Positions 27,585-42,250 are shown, counted from the first letter of the stretch. The stretch: 64,000 nucleotides of DNA from Octopus vulgaris (GCA_951406725.2 OX597815.1:96720001-96784000), one strand, 5' to 3'. Translations and numbers: made by a program. The notes: a model not told the origin generated them from the sequence alone.

Positions 27585-29159
27585 TGTAAAAATCGGCATC
27601 TTAAAGGGAAGTTATTCCTTCGGACGTTATTCCGCAGCTAATGAGCGCATAAACAAAACACATGCATCACGAATGTTACATCAATAATATTTGAATTGGA
27701 GTTGCCTCTGATTAAAATATATAACATGAGTGAGAGAGCAGAAAAGAGAGAGCAGGAGAGAAAGAAAGATAGAAAGAGAAAGAGAGAGAGAAAGAGGGCG
27801 ATAAAGCGAGACAGAAAGCAACTGAGATTAGTGTGTGTGCATTATATTATATCATTGTGAAGTCATGATATATTTCAAGTGTTCTTCCACTAGCTAGTTA
27901 TATCCCTCTCGTCAAACAAAATTATTCAGTGGACTTTACTTTACTGATGTTATCTAATGAGTAGAAAAAAATTGTTGAGAATTGTCACCCCATATTAATT
28001 GAAATTACCATAGTCAAAATTATTCATGAACGTTGACAGACTAAAAAACAAATTTATAATCAATTAGCAATTCTTCGCTTACAACATCGAATAATATAAC
28101 GCCAATTTACTGTTGAATTTTCATGCTATAGGTGTCTGAATTTTACTGTAGCCACTCTATGCAAATACATACATGCACACTCAAACACACAGATACACGA
28201 ATATATACACATATACTCTTGAACATGTGATTACGTACCTGTATGAATTAATTATATAATTTCTATGGTTTAGTCAGGTGCTAATTTGTATATGCAGCAT
28301 TTATACATGTATGATTATCTATAATTCTATCGCTGATATAATCATTGTTCTACCTTAATTATTATTGAGTTATTAAGCCGAATGTTAGATTAAAATGTTG
28401 TATAAATCATATATTGTTTAGTCCAATGCTTAATGCTTTACTAAGTAAATATATAGCTGTTTAGCATGGAAATGTATGGGAAACACTTAATAATAAATAA
28501 AAATAGCAGCAGTTACATTATGGAATATGCAATTTGTATTCATATATTTATATTTATTTCTTGGGTAATTTGTATATCCATGCAGATATCTTCAATTAGT
28601 TTTTGTATCAGTAAGAAATATATGCATGTGTATATGTGGGAGATCGTGTGTTGTAATATCATATATAATATATTGCTTATGCATCGTACGTTTGATTGTT
28701 CAATGTGAAATATAACGTATAGGTTAGCCATGGTTAATTAAGACTAATTCTCAATATGTAATATGAGGTTAATTTTCAATATGTAATATAAGATCCAGAG
28801 TAACATGAAAATCTAGATGATGTTATTTCTCATTTCAGAGTATTTCATTTCTTATATTCATCCGTGCTCATTTCTTATATTCATTCGTTATTGTGATAAT
28901 ATTTTTTAGAATACGTTCCCAGAAGCTATATTGCATAAACAGCTTAGCCTAATTTGTGTTTGGGTGTGCTTTACACCCTTTCTTTCTTTGTAACATTGAT
29001 TTCCACAATATCCTTCAGAAAAATTACAATAATCGCTTGTAGTTCTTTCACACCACTGCTTGCGCTTTGCTTTTTCTTCTCCTTCGGTTTGGTTTTGATC
29101 ATTGTCTCTGAGAGTCGAAATTTCAAAATTGCTGAGTGCGCTGTGGAAGAATCATACAA

Positions 29160-29455
29160 GTACTCAGTCGGTTATGACGAGGAGGGTTCCAGTTTAACAG
29201 CTTCTCGTGAAATTAACGGTTAAGTGACTGATTACTCCACAAACACGCTTACCTTTAATATATTTCCTAGGGAGATCAAGTTTGACACAGAATGTGACAA
29301 TGCTGGTCCTTTGAAATACATTTTCCCAGTTGAGTTGACTGGAGCAACATGAAATTAAATGTCTTGCTCAAGGAGACAGCGCACCGCCGGTTTTGGAACT
29401 CAGGACCTTACTATCATAAGCCGAATACTCTAACCTCTAACTCACGCGCCTTCAC
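29160..29455 (-). mobile_element. tRNA-derived SINE (CORE-like body, 3' domain shared with family C)
   Basis: Reverse complement starts gtgaaggcgcgtgagttagaggttagagt and contains ccttgagcaagacatttaatttcatgttgctccagtc. The 3' part is homologous to 16490-16580. Confidence 0.75.
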
Positions 29456-29866
29456 TGTAGAACACTACATAAAAGAAAAATGTTTAAAAAATTGCAAGGT
29501 AATATGTTGGATATATATATTCTCTCACTAACTTACTAACACTTACAATGCAACAATTGCACTTTATTATGTATCAAAAAATCTTTCAACTAATATACTT
29601 GTAAAATCTACATAGAGGCTTGGTAAAATTGTTTCTATATAATATGCTGAAAATTCAAGTTAATCAGTATGGGAACAAAGTTATAGTTAGGCTGTCAAAT
29701 GATAAAGAGAAATAATAAACATCTAGTTACTTTATTCTATATCTATGAATTCCTTCTTAATACATGTTACCAGTAATATGGAGCATATTACTACTAACAT
29801 GGGACATAAATGTATTTACAGAGAAACGCATGCGCGTATATGTGTTGAGTGACTTTATTAGTGACT

Positions 29867-31073
29867 TTTAAAGTCACCTCCGAAGTGAAGCAAGGCTGCG
29901 TGATAGCGCCAACTCTCTTTACCATCTTTATCGCGACAGTGTTGCACATCATACGAGATGACCTTCCACCTGGCATCGAGATCTCGTACAGAATGGACGG
30001 CAAGCTTTTCAACCTCGCTCGCCTCAAAAGTACGTCAAAGACAATGGTGCGAAAGCTTGCTAGAGTTCCAATATGCCGACGACAACAGTGTAGCAGCTCA
30101 CAGAGAGGATCACCTCCAACAGATCCTAAATGCTTTTCATCATGCATATACTAAACTTGGACTGAGCATCAACATCAAGAAGACTCACTTACTCTACCAA
30201 CCTCCCCCCAATACCCGTGTTGACAACCCGCCATCTATTCAACTCGAAGGAAATCCACTGGAAAATGTGAACCACTTCTGCTACCTTGGGAGCCATCTGT
30301 CAGCAAAGGTAGACCTCAGCGATGAAATCCAACACCGTCTGAAGTGTGCAGGAACAGCTTTCGGAAAGCTTCGAACAAGAGTTTTTGCTGATCGGGACAT
30401 CCGAACCGAAACCAAACTCATGGTGTACAGGGCAGTCATTATTCCAACCCTCCTTTACGCATCCGAAACCTGGACCCCGTATAGTCACCACTTGAAAACG
30501 CTCGAGAAATTTCACCAACGCTGTCTTCGGAAGATCCTCAACATCAGCTGGGAAGACAGAAGAACTAACGTCAGCGTGCTACAAGAAGGAAAAATGACCA
30601 GCATCGAAGCCTATGTCATCAAAGGCCAACTAAGATGGAGCGGTCACGTGGTTAGAATGACTGACGAACGACTTCCCAAACAGATCTTCTACTCCCAACT
30701 CAAAGACGGCAAGCGTACAAAAGGAGGCCAGAAGAAACGCTACAAGGACTCCCTGAAATCGAACCTCAAAAAGTGTGACATTGACTTCACCAACTGGGAG
30801 GAAACGGCAAAAAACAGACCACTCTGGAAAACCACCATCCACGAGGGAACGGCGAATTTCGAGTCGAAAAGGTCTGCAGAGCTGGAGGAGAAAATACGAC
30901 GACGGAAGGAGCGCCAACAACAACCATGTGCGACTCTCCCTTCCGGCACTAGATGTCCGCACTGTGACCGATCTTTTCGAGCAAGAATTGGTCTTATCAG
31001 TCACCTGCAGACTCACCAATAAATTTGCGCGAAGACCATCATCCTCGACCTTGAGGGATTGCCATAGTAGTAG
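29867..31073 (+). mobile_element. RTE/BovB-like LINE, 5'-truncated, nearly intact RT C-half
   Basis: VKQGCVIAPTLF, one frameshift near 30050, EFQYADD, FCYLGS, LLYASETW, LRWSGHVVRM and C-terminal CPHC...HLQTH zinc finger. Short 3' UTR and (TAG)n tail. Confidence 0.95.
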
Positions 31074-33004
31074 TATATATGAGTATATAAATGTGAATGT
31101 AGATTGTGACATGCAATGTTTAATACGGTAGGTAAGTTTGAGCCCCGATCATCTACTTTATGAAATATCAGTCAGCACATGTGAGATAGGTTTATATGTA
31201 TGACGATTTTATGACTACTAGTATATTTCTGAATAAATTTTGAAACTAGTAGCTGATATTAGAAGCTGTTGTACAACTGGTGTAGTAAGTGATATGTAGA
31301 AATGAATATCTGATTTAAGATGCTAAAGTTGAATGCAAAATTTAAGATGAATATTTGTGAGTTCTAAGGGATAATGGATGTTAATCGTCTTATCAGTTAC
31401 GTACTAGAAATCAGATAGCTCAGAAATGCTGACAACGTAAAATTATGTTAAAGGTGGAAAACGGAAGAGATAATGCAAGCTCTAGAATTGCATTATGCTG
31501 GTTGTGTCATTTAAACTTTAAAAGCTGATATCGAAGGTGTAGAGCAAATATTAAAGTTTTATTTATTTATTTATTTATTTATTTATACGCTAGGCTTCTT
31601 CTTCTTAACGTTTGCTAGTCTAATATGTAATGAGATGCCTTTAGTTTATTTTGTTGTATATCATCAAATTCTCATATAAGGGCTTGGTGTATAAAATCAC
31701 ACATAATGAAGAGAATATTTACCTTTGGTAAAATGTTAAAAAAAAATTGGGAATAACTGAAATTATAATTACTTAAAATATATGACTAGGAAAATTTTTA
31801 TTGTTGTGAGAAAGACTGTACAAAAATGCAGTTGACAACATTAGAATGTATTCGGGAAAGTGTTACTTTTCATAATTTTATATAATAAAATATGGGTGAA
31901 GGAAATATCTCAAGATACTTATACATCACATTACAAGGTGTTAACACGAAAAAGTTTCGTGCCAAACCTCTTTCTTCCCTAAAATATAAATAAATAAAAA
32001 AAAGAATATTACTTCTTCCCACACCGAATCGTTCCACCACAAACATTTGGTAATTTTCCAAATACAAGAACGAATGCAAATTTCCTATCAGGCAGGGACT
32101 CAAGAATATACAATAAACTAAAGAGAAAACAATTTTCTTATCCCAAACTCTTAAAATATAAAACAGAATCGTTTGACTATAAAAAGGGAAACCATTTCAA
32201 AAATTCGGTATGCATATAACCTAACGTAATAGTAGGTGGTAATGACTGCCGAAATATTTGGATGGTTTTATTATAGAAAATATCGAAATATAAGTGATGT
32301 TTAAAAACATTGAGATAAACGTGCATTAAAAGCACTTATTTTAGACTGAAAACTACAGAGTTATTTCCAAATTATGAGAGATTAACTCACGGCTAGATAT
32401 AATTGCTGTATTTTGCAATGTGGACTAAGTGATATTATACACCATTGTGATAAGTAGGATAAATTTGTAATTTGTTATATAGTCGTTTCGTATAAGTAGG
32501 ATAAATTTGTAATTTGCTATATAGCAAGTTTCGTATATGTGTATTATATACACATCCCACACACGTTCATACATGCATGATAACTTGTATATGAAAACAA
32601 CATACGTTCAATTGTATATAGATATATAGAAATAAATCGGTGAAGACATGTACAAATTATATGTGTGAGATAGTCTGAGTATGTATCATGTAGTTGTAAG
32701 TGCATGCATCCTTGTCTGTGTGTGCTTTCCAGAATATGTGATATATATGTATATAAATGCGTGCGTATGTTTGTGTGCGTGTGTGTGTGTATGTGTGTAG
32801 ACAAATACAAAAGTACGTGCTCATACATGAAACATTAAACATATTGAATAGGAAATACACGTAGGAGGTAGAGACAACTCAATGCCACGGATGTCAGTCA
32901 TGCAGCATTCTTACTTAGGTACATTCGTGAGTAAGAATTTAAGTATATACACAAACACACGCACGCACACACATATATATACATACGTATATGTGCTTAT
33001 ATAC

Positions 33005-33053
<49 letters not shown>

Positions 33054-33123
33054 ATATATATGTATGAATACATATAAGTATATATACGTATATATATATA
33101 TGTATATATATATATACATATAC

Positions 33124-33164
<41 letters not shown>

Positions 33165-34065
33165 TATATATATATATATAGGTAAATATATATGTGTGTG
33201 TATATATATATATATATGTATATATACACACACACATATATATATATATATAGACACATATATGTATGCAATTATATATGAATACACAATCACAGACACA
33301 CAAATATGTAGATCTAATACAAGATATATGGATGTGTTATTGTTTACCCGCTCATGTTACACTAAAATGCTCTTAACAATTTCTGTAGCTTACAGATATA
33401 AATTACAATTATCCTTCGAACAGTATGAAAAACATCCTAATACTGATTTTAATATTACAATATTTTCCTCTACTCCATTTATGAAAGCTATAAATAATGG
33501 TAAACATGAAATCAAAATTCCTAATAACACATTCATGTTTCTAAAGTTAACTGATATAATGATTACACTATATATCATACTAAAAAAAAGTTTTTGACAA
33601 GGGCTATTTACGCCAAAATTAGTTTTGCATTATGGTAGCCAATGATACTTATTGCATTGGTATTAGGTTGCAGATCGAACAAACCGCTTTACATTATAGC
33701 TTGTCATTACTGCTTAGATATTCTTATTCACAAACATACATCTAATTGTTTTTTGTTTGTTTTTTGTTTGATGTTTGTTTTAAATAACGAACATTTCTCA
33801 CTGGTTTCAATTACTATCGATGTAGAAATAAATTTAGTCAAGCCAAAAATATTTCTTATGTATGTGACTGAAATCGTTAACAATTAGCATTCTATTTTGA
33901 CGTAGCGAATAGATTATCTAAATTATTGGCCTGACACTACTGGAGATGAGCTGTTAGCATTACCGTTCTTGAAAATATACCTATTTTATGATCGTAAAAT
34001 AGTCCACAAGGTTACAGAAAAGCCGGTCAATCTTGATATAAAATTCATTTCAATCGAACATAGAA

Positions 34066-34285
34066 TACATGGTTGTGGTAAGAATCTTGCTTACCAGCAA
34101 CATGGTTCCGTGTTCAGTCCAACGGTGCGGCATCTTGTGCAAGTATCTTTAACTATAGCCTCGGGCCGACCAAAGCCTTGTGAGCGGCTTTGGTAGACAG
34201 AAACTGAAAAAAGCACGCAGTATGTATGTATATATGTATATACATACATACATACATACAAATATATATATATATATAGAGAGAG

Positions 34286-34376
<91 letters not shown>

Positions 34377-34612
34377 TGTGTGTATATGTGTGTTTCTTCG
34401 TGTATGTGCAAATGTACGTGAGTGTGTGTTTCTGTCCCAGACAACCCATGTTGGTGTGTTTATGTCCCTGTAACCTAGCGGTTCGGCAGAACACTGCGGT
34501 AGAGTAAGTACTGGGCTTACAAAAAATAAGACCTGGGATCGATTTGTTAGACTAAATGCGGTTCTTCAGCATGGTCGCAGTCAAATGTCTGAAGCAAGTA
34601 AAATAATAAACG
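34066..34612 (+). mobile_element. SINE family B, full length, with expanded internal (TA)n
   Basis: Colinear with 5783-6355. Confidence 0.88.
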
Positions 34613-35426
34613 AATGGAGGAAGTAATAAAACCAAAAGCAGTTTTTTATCCAAATTAACATGGCTGTCTTGTTAGAATATCGGATAATACGGTATGAGCC
34701 TTGAAAGATCCTCTCATATAAGAGCCTGGTGTATAAAATCACACATATAGATCAGAGCAGATGAGAATTGTCTCTCATGGTCACCGGAACTCCCATAATA
34801 TGTGATTTTATTGTAATGGAAATCATCAGTGGTAGTCATCCTGTCACTGAATGCCAGTCAAATTTCGCTGCTGCGATATATCCTATTTTTAGATACTAAT
34901 GTCGCAAACGTCCAGCTTGTTTATTAAAGATTAATTGCACAGAGGAACATCTCTGGATATAATTTCTGTTGAGCTTGTTCTCCACGTGATATAGACTGAC
35001 AATGACATGCTCAGTTCAAAACTACAGTCAGCTTTTTTTTTTCATGTCAAGTTGTTTTTTCTACTGTTAAGTCTCCGAACAAAACAAGGTCTCTTAAGCC
35101 CTATTTGGTTAGTGCTCTTTTCCTATTCCAGTTTTGCATTAAAGTCAAAAGTGACACTTTTGGTAAGGAAATTAATTGCTGCTTAAAAGATTTAAAAATG
35201 CCTTGACGTGATAGAAAATTTCAGACATCATTTCTGAACGCAGCTTACTCTTTGAATAAGCGGAAATGTATAGTTTGTCCATAAATAATAAGGCTGGACA
35301 GCCCCTTCCATAATTTATTGATAACACTAGGAAACATTTTCGAGAAGAGTTTTGGTGTCCTTCCTATTTAGAATTAGTTGTAGGTAATATGATGGCATTG
35401 GTTTCAGAAAATCCCTCAGAAATTTG

Positions 35427-35520
35427 CGTGACACGTTTTGTAAGTGTCTTCTACCATAGCTTGGGCCTACCAAAGTTCTGTGAGTGGATGTGGCAGACTG
35501 AAACTGAAAAAAACCCCGTC
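35427..35520 (+). mobile_element. SINE family B core fragment
   Basis: aagtgtcttctaccatagc...gtgagtggatgtggcagactgaaactgaaa matches family B. Confidence 0.75.
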
Positions 35521-35879
35521 TATTAATTTTTGTTAAAACCAAAGTTTTTTTTTCTTAAAATCTCTCTATTTTGTCATTAAATGCAATACTGAAATAAGAA
35601 ACAAACAGAAACTTCATTTGATTACTAAAGAAAAATATTACACAAAAATGCTTATTTACAAATTTTATGCTAGGTATTTGTGTCAACTGGAGTTTTAACT
35701 ACACAAGGAGTGGATTTCTATTTGCTGCTTTGCGTGAATGCTATGTTTGCAGTGACCAGCATTAGCGAGCTATCATTCCTGAATTCCACCTATCTGTATA
35801 CTTAGTATCTATGGTTTCGATGTCTTGGTAAAATCCTCCTCCTTGAGCATCACTTATTGCACTATGTTTCTCAGGTAAT

Positions 35880-36480
35880 CAGTCCAGATGATTGTTCAGA
35901 AAATAGACTTTAACTCTCATGTTGCAGTCCAATGCTCGGAATCTGGTTAAACAGGATCTGCACAACTTCTTCATAATTTGAAGAGATTCTGTGTCAAAGA
36001 AAATCAGGCACAACTGAAAGGAACAGCATTCCATTCTGTTTTTGTAACCCCAAACATGGTCCTCAAAAAACTGCTCATTCAGTGGTAGTCACCTAAGCTG
36101 TGGACCGTCAAATACGCCAACCTAAGTTTTCCCTCACACACACACACAACATGCACACTTTCTACTTAAGAATTTGAATCAAGAAACTGTCAGTGTTTCA
36201 GTTTTTCATCCTATGATTTACACACAGTATGGGATGCCAGATTTTTTCTTGATCACCCTCTTCTATGCCAAAGTAAGGAAAGCTGTCTTCACAAAATATG
36301 TGATATTGTTTCGCTGCCAACTTAAAGTGTAACATTCACAAATATAGCAGTAGATATCAGTGCTCCGTTTTGCACTTTCGTATCCCACAAGTGGCCATAT
36401 TTTTGAAATACGAAACATATATTGAAGCCAGTTATCACCTGGGAAAAGCTTGTTTTAAATGTTTTAATAGTTATAAATAA
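35880..36480 (+). mobile_element. Possible ancient APE-type LINE relic
   Basis: IDFNSHV resembles GDFNAH, then QYG, then IAVDISAPF..VSHK resembles LDISKAFD.V.H, in LINE order. Very decayed. Confidence 0.3.
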
Positions 36481-37684
36481 ACAAATGCAGATCTGTGGTG
36501 GCAATGTTCTATACTGTGCATGAAATTCTCTGTATAGTTCTTTGACCATGAAATTCTTTCCATAGTTCTTTGACCATGCTCAACAAAATGTGAACTTTAC
36601 CCATATAACGTCAATTAAAATATTAGTAGCACATTCAAAATAACTATTTCATAAAAAATAGTTAATGGTTCAACAAAACATGTCTCATCTGGTTTGTAAT
36701 AACAGTTACACTAAATCAAGTATAGCGTGGTCATATTTACAGACAAATTCCACAAATATAAGAATTTTATGATGTCAAGAGCCACAAAGGTGTGTAATTT
36801 ATTGATATCTAATTGTGTAAAAAGACGTCTGTCATCGTTATGAGATTTAAAACTAGTTATATTCGAAATAGTGAAAGTTGCTCAAGTTGGATGGTTTTAA
36901 TTTACTAAAAACATTTAAATCATGACACTTGTTTTCACTTTTGTAGCTGCATTTACTTTAAAAGTCATTGAAAAACTGTTTTCAAAGTTATATTAAGATC
37001 CCTACTTGGCTCTGCATTTTATGAAGCGATATCTATGCTTAAAAATTGTAAAGATACCGGAAATTTTGAATAATGCTCATTTCAATTTGTGAAATCAGTA
37101 CTCCAAAATTACTACGAAACATGTGTCCATCACCAAGCAACAAAAACCTCGTTTGTCAGAGTTTTTACAGACGGAAACAGTATTAATACAAAAAGGTAAT
37201 CTTTCTAACATCGATATTGTAAATTAACATGGTTGACTTGTTAGAACACCAAATACTGCGCTATTTGCATTGACAGATCCTATCACACAGGCGCTTAATA
37301 CATAGAAACACATACATTGAAGACGAGAATCGTCTATCATGGGCACCGGAACTCCCTTACCACGTGACTTCACGTCGTATGTTGAATTTGCTGGATAAAT
37401 TCAGGTGTTCGGATGATTTCAGAGCTCTGAGAATGCTTTTTATGTTTTGATACTGTTGATACGTTTCCATCTTTAGTCCTTAGCTGCTTACAAACTTTGT
37501 TGGCGAAAGATCAGGCAACTATGCTCAGCATTTATAACCACAATGACAGCATGCCTCTTCCTTTCTTGAGTAAGCTGAAGGTCTACCATTATTATTTTCT
37601 GAAACAATTATTATATATGTTAGCAAAAAATACACTGCAATGGCCCCCAAAAATGTATGTCCTCAAATACCTTACGCACCCCCC

Positions 37685-37754
<70 letters not shown>

Positions 37755-38599
37755 AGAGTTCACGAAAAAACAAAAGATATATATATATATATATATATAT
37801 AAAGATAAGATAGTATTTATGTGTTACTAATAATCTACTGCAAGTAGAACGGTAATTTTCATTCCACAAATATCACATTTCTCAGATAAATAGATATGAT
37901 ACGTACTTCAATTAATATGTTGTCAATATAAGATTTCCTTTTTCAATTATACTTTCGACCCATAATAGTCGACTCGATCATTCAATTTAATACATCTCTC
38001 TGTTTAAGCGTTCCAAATATACATGAAGCAAGAAAATAATATTCAATATTCGAATCAATGCTGTAGTTGTGAGTGGACTCTGTTCTTGCGGGAAAAAATA
38101 ACTGCTAAATCTTCCTAACCCTAATCTTCGTATTGGAAACGAGATGTTGTATGTCTTGGATTCAATGTCTCTTAACAACAAAGCATGGATTTGATAGAAG
38201 CATATTTCGTCATATGTGCGACCTAGGATTAAACATCATCAACAGTATCGTCATTCCAGCCGTCGTCATACCAGCCGTCGTCATCAGCTTCATTATCATT
38301 TGAAAATTAAAAAATAGTCTCTCATATTTGACGTATAGTGATATTTTATGAATGTAAATCCTCCAGTATGTATAAATTCATATTTAAAAGAAATTTCATT
38401 TAATTAACAAGAGAATATATCCTATCACATTAATCGAAGTATACTTCTGGTCTGAAACCGGCAGTATGATTCATGATGATAAGATATTTTGAATGGTTTC
38501 AATTGGTTGAGCACTTAAATGGATTATGAATCAAATATATTTTAAATGTTATTTACATTCTAGGTGTATGTATCTATGCATGAATGTATTTATAAAGCC

Positions 38600-39530
38600 A
38601 GAGAGAGAGAGAGAGAGTGAGAGAGAAAGAGAGACACAGATACACGTGCAACCATACACATGTGCACGCGCACACACACACGCGCGCACATACACACATA
38701 CAAACATGCACGCACATACACGCACACACAAGCACACACACGCACAAACACACACATGCACGTACATACACATGAACACACAATCCTCCACACACAGAAT
38801 CATTCACACTCACAACACACGCGCAACGCACACACATGCACGCATTTACACGCACATGAATACACTTCCACACACTCACACGAACATTCCCCCCACACAT
38901 CACCCACAAACACCCTCACACACATACCAAACGAACAAACGGACACACGCGCACACACACACACACAGGCACACACACACATATGTATATATACAGCGAG
39001 AGAGAGATACAAAGTGACAGAGAGAGAGAGACACGCACCCATACACGTGCGCACACACACATATACACATACCGACTCCGTCTACGCACATATGTCAACA
39101 TATACACACACACAACTACACTCATCCATTCACACACCCATTCACACAGCAGCCCATTTTTATACCCGACTCAAATCCCACTGACTCTGACTCATTACTG
39201 ACCTTCCATCTAAACACACATACACTGATACACCTACGCATCGACACACCTGTCACTCGAGCTGCTGACCACTCAGAGTGAATTTAACACACGCACGCAG
39301 ATCCCACCACAAACACACACATACACACACAAACTACGCACACAAACAGATATACACAAACTTATAACCACACATACAGACACTCCTCACGCACACATAC
39401 ACTGTTACTACCACACGCATAAACACTTTCACCCACCAACACAGGCTTACCAAAACACACGCACACGCTACTACACACACACATGCGCTTCTACACACAC
39501 ACAAGCTACTACGCACACACATGTACAGAC
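38600..39530. repeat. Degenerate (CA)n/(CACG)n low-complexity tract
   Basis: Direct reading; source of the His/Thr and Cys/Val ORFs. Confidence 0.9.
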
Positions 39531-40563
39531 CATGTCCCAGAAACCACTTTCTCTTCATTCCTTCCACTTCCGGTTATTTCAAAAATGTAATCGCATGCGA
39601 TTGTGCTCCTTCGTCTTGCACTTTCCTGTTTTTCCTCTTTCTGAGCAAGGGCTATGTTAGAAACGTAGAATTACTCCTCTTTTCCGAATTTGAGCGTTTG
39701 GTTAATATGTTGCTTATGCAACGTCCACACATTCATTTGACTTTTTCTTTCCGTCTTATGAGTGTTTTTTGATTTTGTATTTAGGTATGTATATATGCAT
39801 ATATAAATGTATATTTATATATACATATATAAACCTGTGTGTTCTGATATCACCAATAATAGAAATAAAAGGCAAAATACAAAGGGCAATACGTTAATAA
39901 GATGGGGGAAATGTAAATTGGTGAATGAAATAAGTAATAGATATAGGTAGTGGATTATATTTAAAATCTTAGGAGAAGAATAGGGGAGTGGTTAGGTATT
40001 AGATTAACGAGGAGAGCCTCGGTTATTCCTAACAGTATGACTTATAAAAGAAGTAAGATGTAAAAAATCCATTATACTAAAAGCAGTTCCTATTCGTAAG
40101 ATGCGGAATTATAAATACTAATAGGGGTAGTTAAATGTATGTAAAGTTTATAATTATAAGAGAAAGAGAGTGTAACATACAAGGATTAGGAAAAGGGGTA
40201 GAGTGGGGTTGTAAATAAACTGCGTACATGAGACTCAATACTTCTAAGCATGACGAAAATAAAGGAGTAAGGTGTAGACCCTACATTAAAGTAACACGTG
40301 TTACTAAGTATAAACCGTGGGTTATAAGTACCATTATAGAGTAGTAAGACTGTTTCTAGTGTTATTAAGATCTATCGAAACAAGAGATAGGTTAAAATGG
40401 TGAGGTGGAGTTACCTTAGTTCACTGGTAATGAACAACTGACACTATAGTACATCTCCAGCATTAGAAGCTGCACAAATGCCTTCATCAGATGTCTTGGT
40501 AAAACTTCAAACCTGGGTTCTCATTCCTAAGGTATTTTCGACGTTATTATTATTAATATTATT

Positions 40564-42250
40564 GCATTTGTGCAGCTTCTAACGCTGGAGATATATACTA
40601 TAGTATCAGCTGATCACTACCAGTGAACTAAGGTATCACCTCTTCCGGAGTATTCAAGCGGTTCCAAGCAGTGCTGTTTTCTGCAAGTGCTCCAACTTTA
40701 TCGCAAGCCCTATTTGTTCCACGTACTTCTCAAGATTTTTTCTAGGCCTCCGACAATTATTGGTACTACTGCTACCTTTTTCATCGACCACAACTGCTTA
40801 ACTTCTCAAGTTAACCTGTCATATCTCTCGACTTTTCCTTCATCCTTATCGCATACTTTGTTGGCGGCTGGGCATGATATGTCTAAGATCCAGCATAGTC
40901 TGTTTTCTTTCACAATTAAGACTATGCCAGGCTTCCTATTCATGGTCGCACTGAATAATAAAATCCCATAGAATCTTTGCATTTCTATTTTCAACACTAC
41001 CTTCAGGTTTGTGCTCTGTCAAATTCATACTTGGTGCAAAGTGTCCAACCCTGGCTATATTGTCGTGGCTTCTCTTATATTCCTTCTAGGCTGGTAATAT
41101 GCCATACGGTTTCACCGTTTTGTCCACAGATTCTGCACTTATCACTTTCTGATGTGCTGTCTATTCTGTTTTTTATGTAGTTTGTTCTTAGTGCTTGCCC
41201 TTGGGCAGCACAGATTACAGCCTCGGTTTCTGGTTTAAATCCTTGTTAGCGGTTCTGTGGCATTTTTACATACCATGCTTTGTTGTTTTCTTCTGCTCTA
41301 ATGCTGTGTTCACATCCAATAAGTCCTCTTCCCCCTCTCTTTTTAGGTACATACAGTATTTATGGGTCACTTTTTGGGCGGAGTGACACATATCTAGTTA
41401 GCAACTTCCTTGTCTTGCTGTCTAAGCTTTTTAGTTCACCTACTGTTTTTGCGATTACCCCTGCTCCATATCTAAGTAGTGAAACCGCCCAGGTGTTGAT
41501 AGCTTCGATCATATTCCGTCCGTTTAATTTCGACTTAAGTATCAGTCTCAGTCTGCGCAAGTACTCCACCTTCAATTTTTCTGTCATTTCTTTCTACATG
41601 AATTTATCCATTTCAAAAATCCCCAAGTACTTATATCCAATCTCTTCTATCTGCTTCATAAACTCCCCAGACGGTATCGTTAGTCTGTCCATACATTTGA
41701 TTATGCCTCTCTTCAAATCTAACACACCACGCTTTCTCAGTTTGAACTTCATTCTGATATCAGCACTGAAATTATACACCGCATCAATGAGGGAACTGAC
41801 TTGTTTTTTATCGTAAAATTTGAGGTCATCCATGAATAACAAATGGTTGACTTTTTGTTGGCGGCTTTTGAATACATACCCAGCTTTTGCTTTCCTCGCA
41901 ATCAGTGTTAGTGGTATCAAGCACATTACAAAGATCAGTGGGGACAGACAGTCCCCTTGGAAGACGCCCCTCCTAATTTCTACTGTCCCTAAACATCTGT
42001 ATGCTGTCAGTTCCGTCCCCCAATTCGCCAAACTTTTTCCAAGCAATCGCTCAACATTCGATGCAATCCCAAACAGGTTCATACACTCCATAACCCAAGA
42101 ATGTGGGATCATAACCTACGCCTTACGATAGTCGATCCATGACATGTGTAAGTTACTTTTCCTCCTCTTGCAGTCTCTGAGTACAGTCTTATCTATCAGG
42201 AATTGATCCTTGGTACCTCTGCACTTACGCTTGCAGCCCTTCTGCTTATG
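40564..42250 (-). mobile_element. R4/Dong-type LINE, 5'-truncated (RT, Zn knuckle, RLE, 3' UTR)
   Basis: [77 protein letters not shown] and LDISCP. Ends in an (AAT)n tail. Confidence 0.95.

Noticed and set aside
30630-31131. Antisense and alternate-frame ORFs over the RTE LINE (also 41280-42131 and 56300-56965 over Dong LINEs)
   Set aside because: Shadow ORFs of transposon coding sequence.
32450-32535. Short two-copy tandem repeats (also 28746-28790, 28845-28888, 36518-36580, 38249-38285, 62999-63072) as a possible CRISPR-like array
   Set aside because: Adjacent two-copy slippage duplications without spacers, in eukaryotic DNA.
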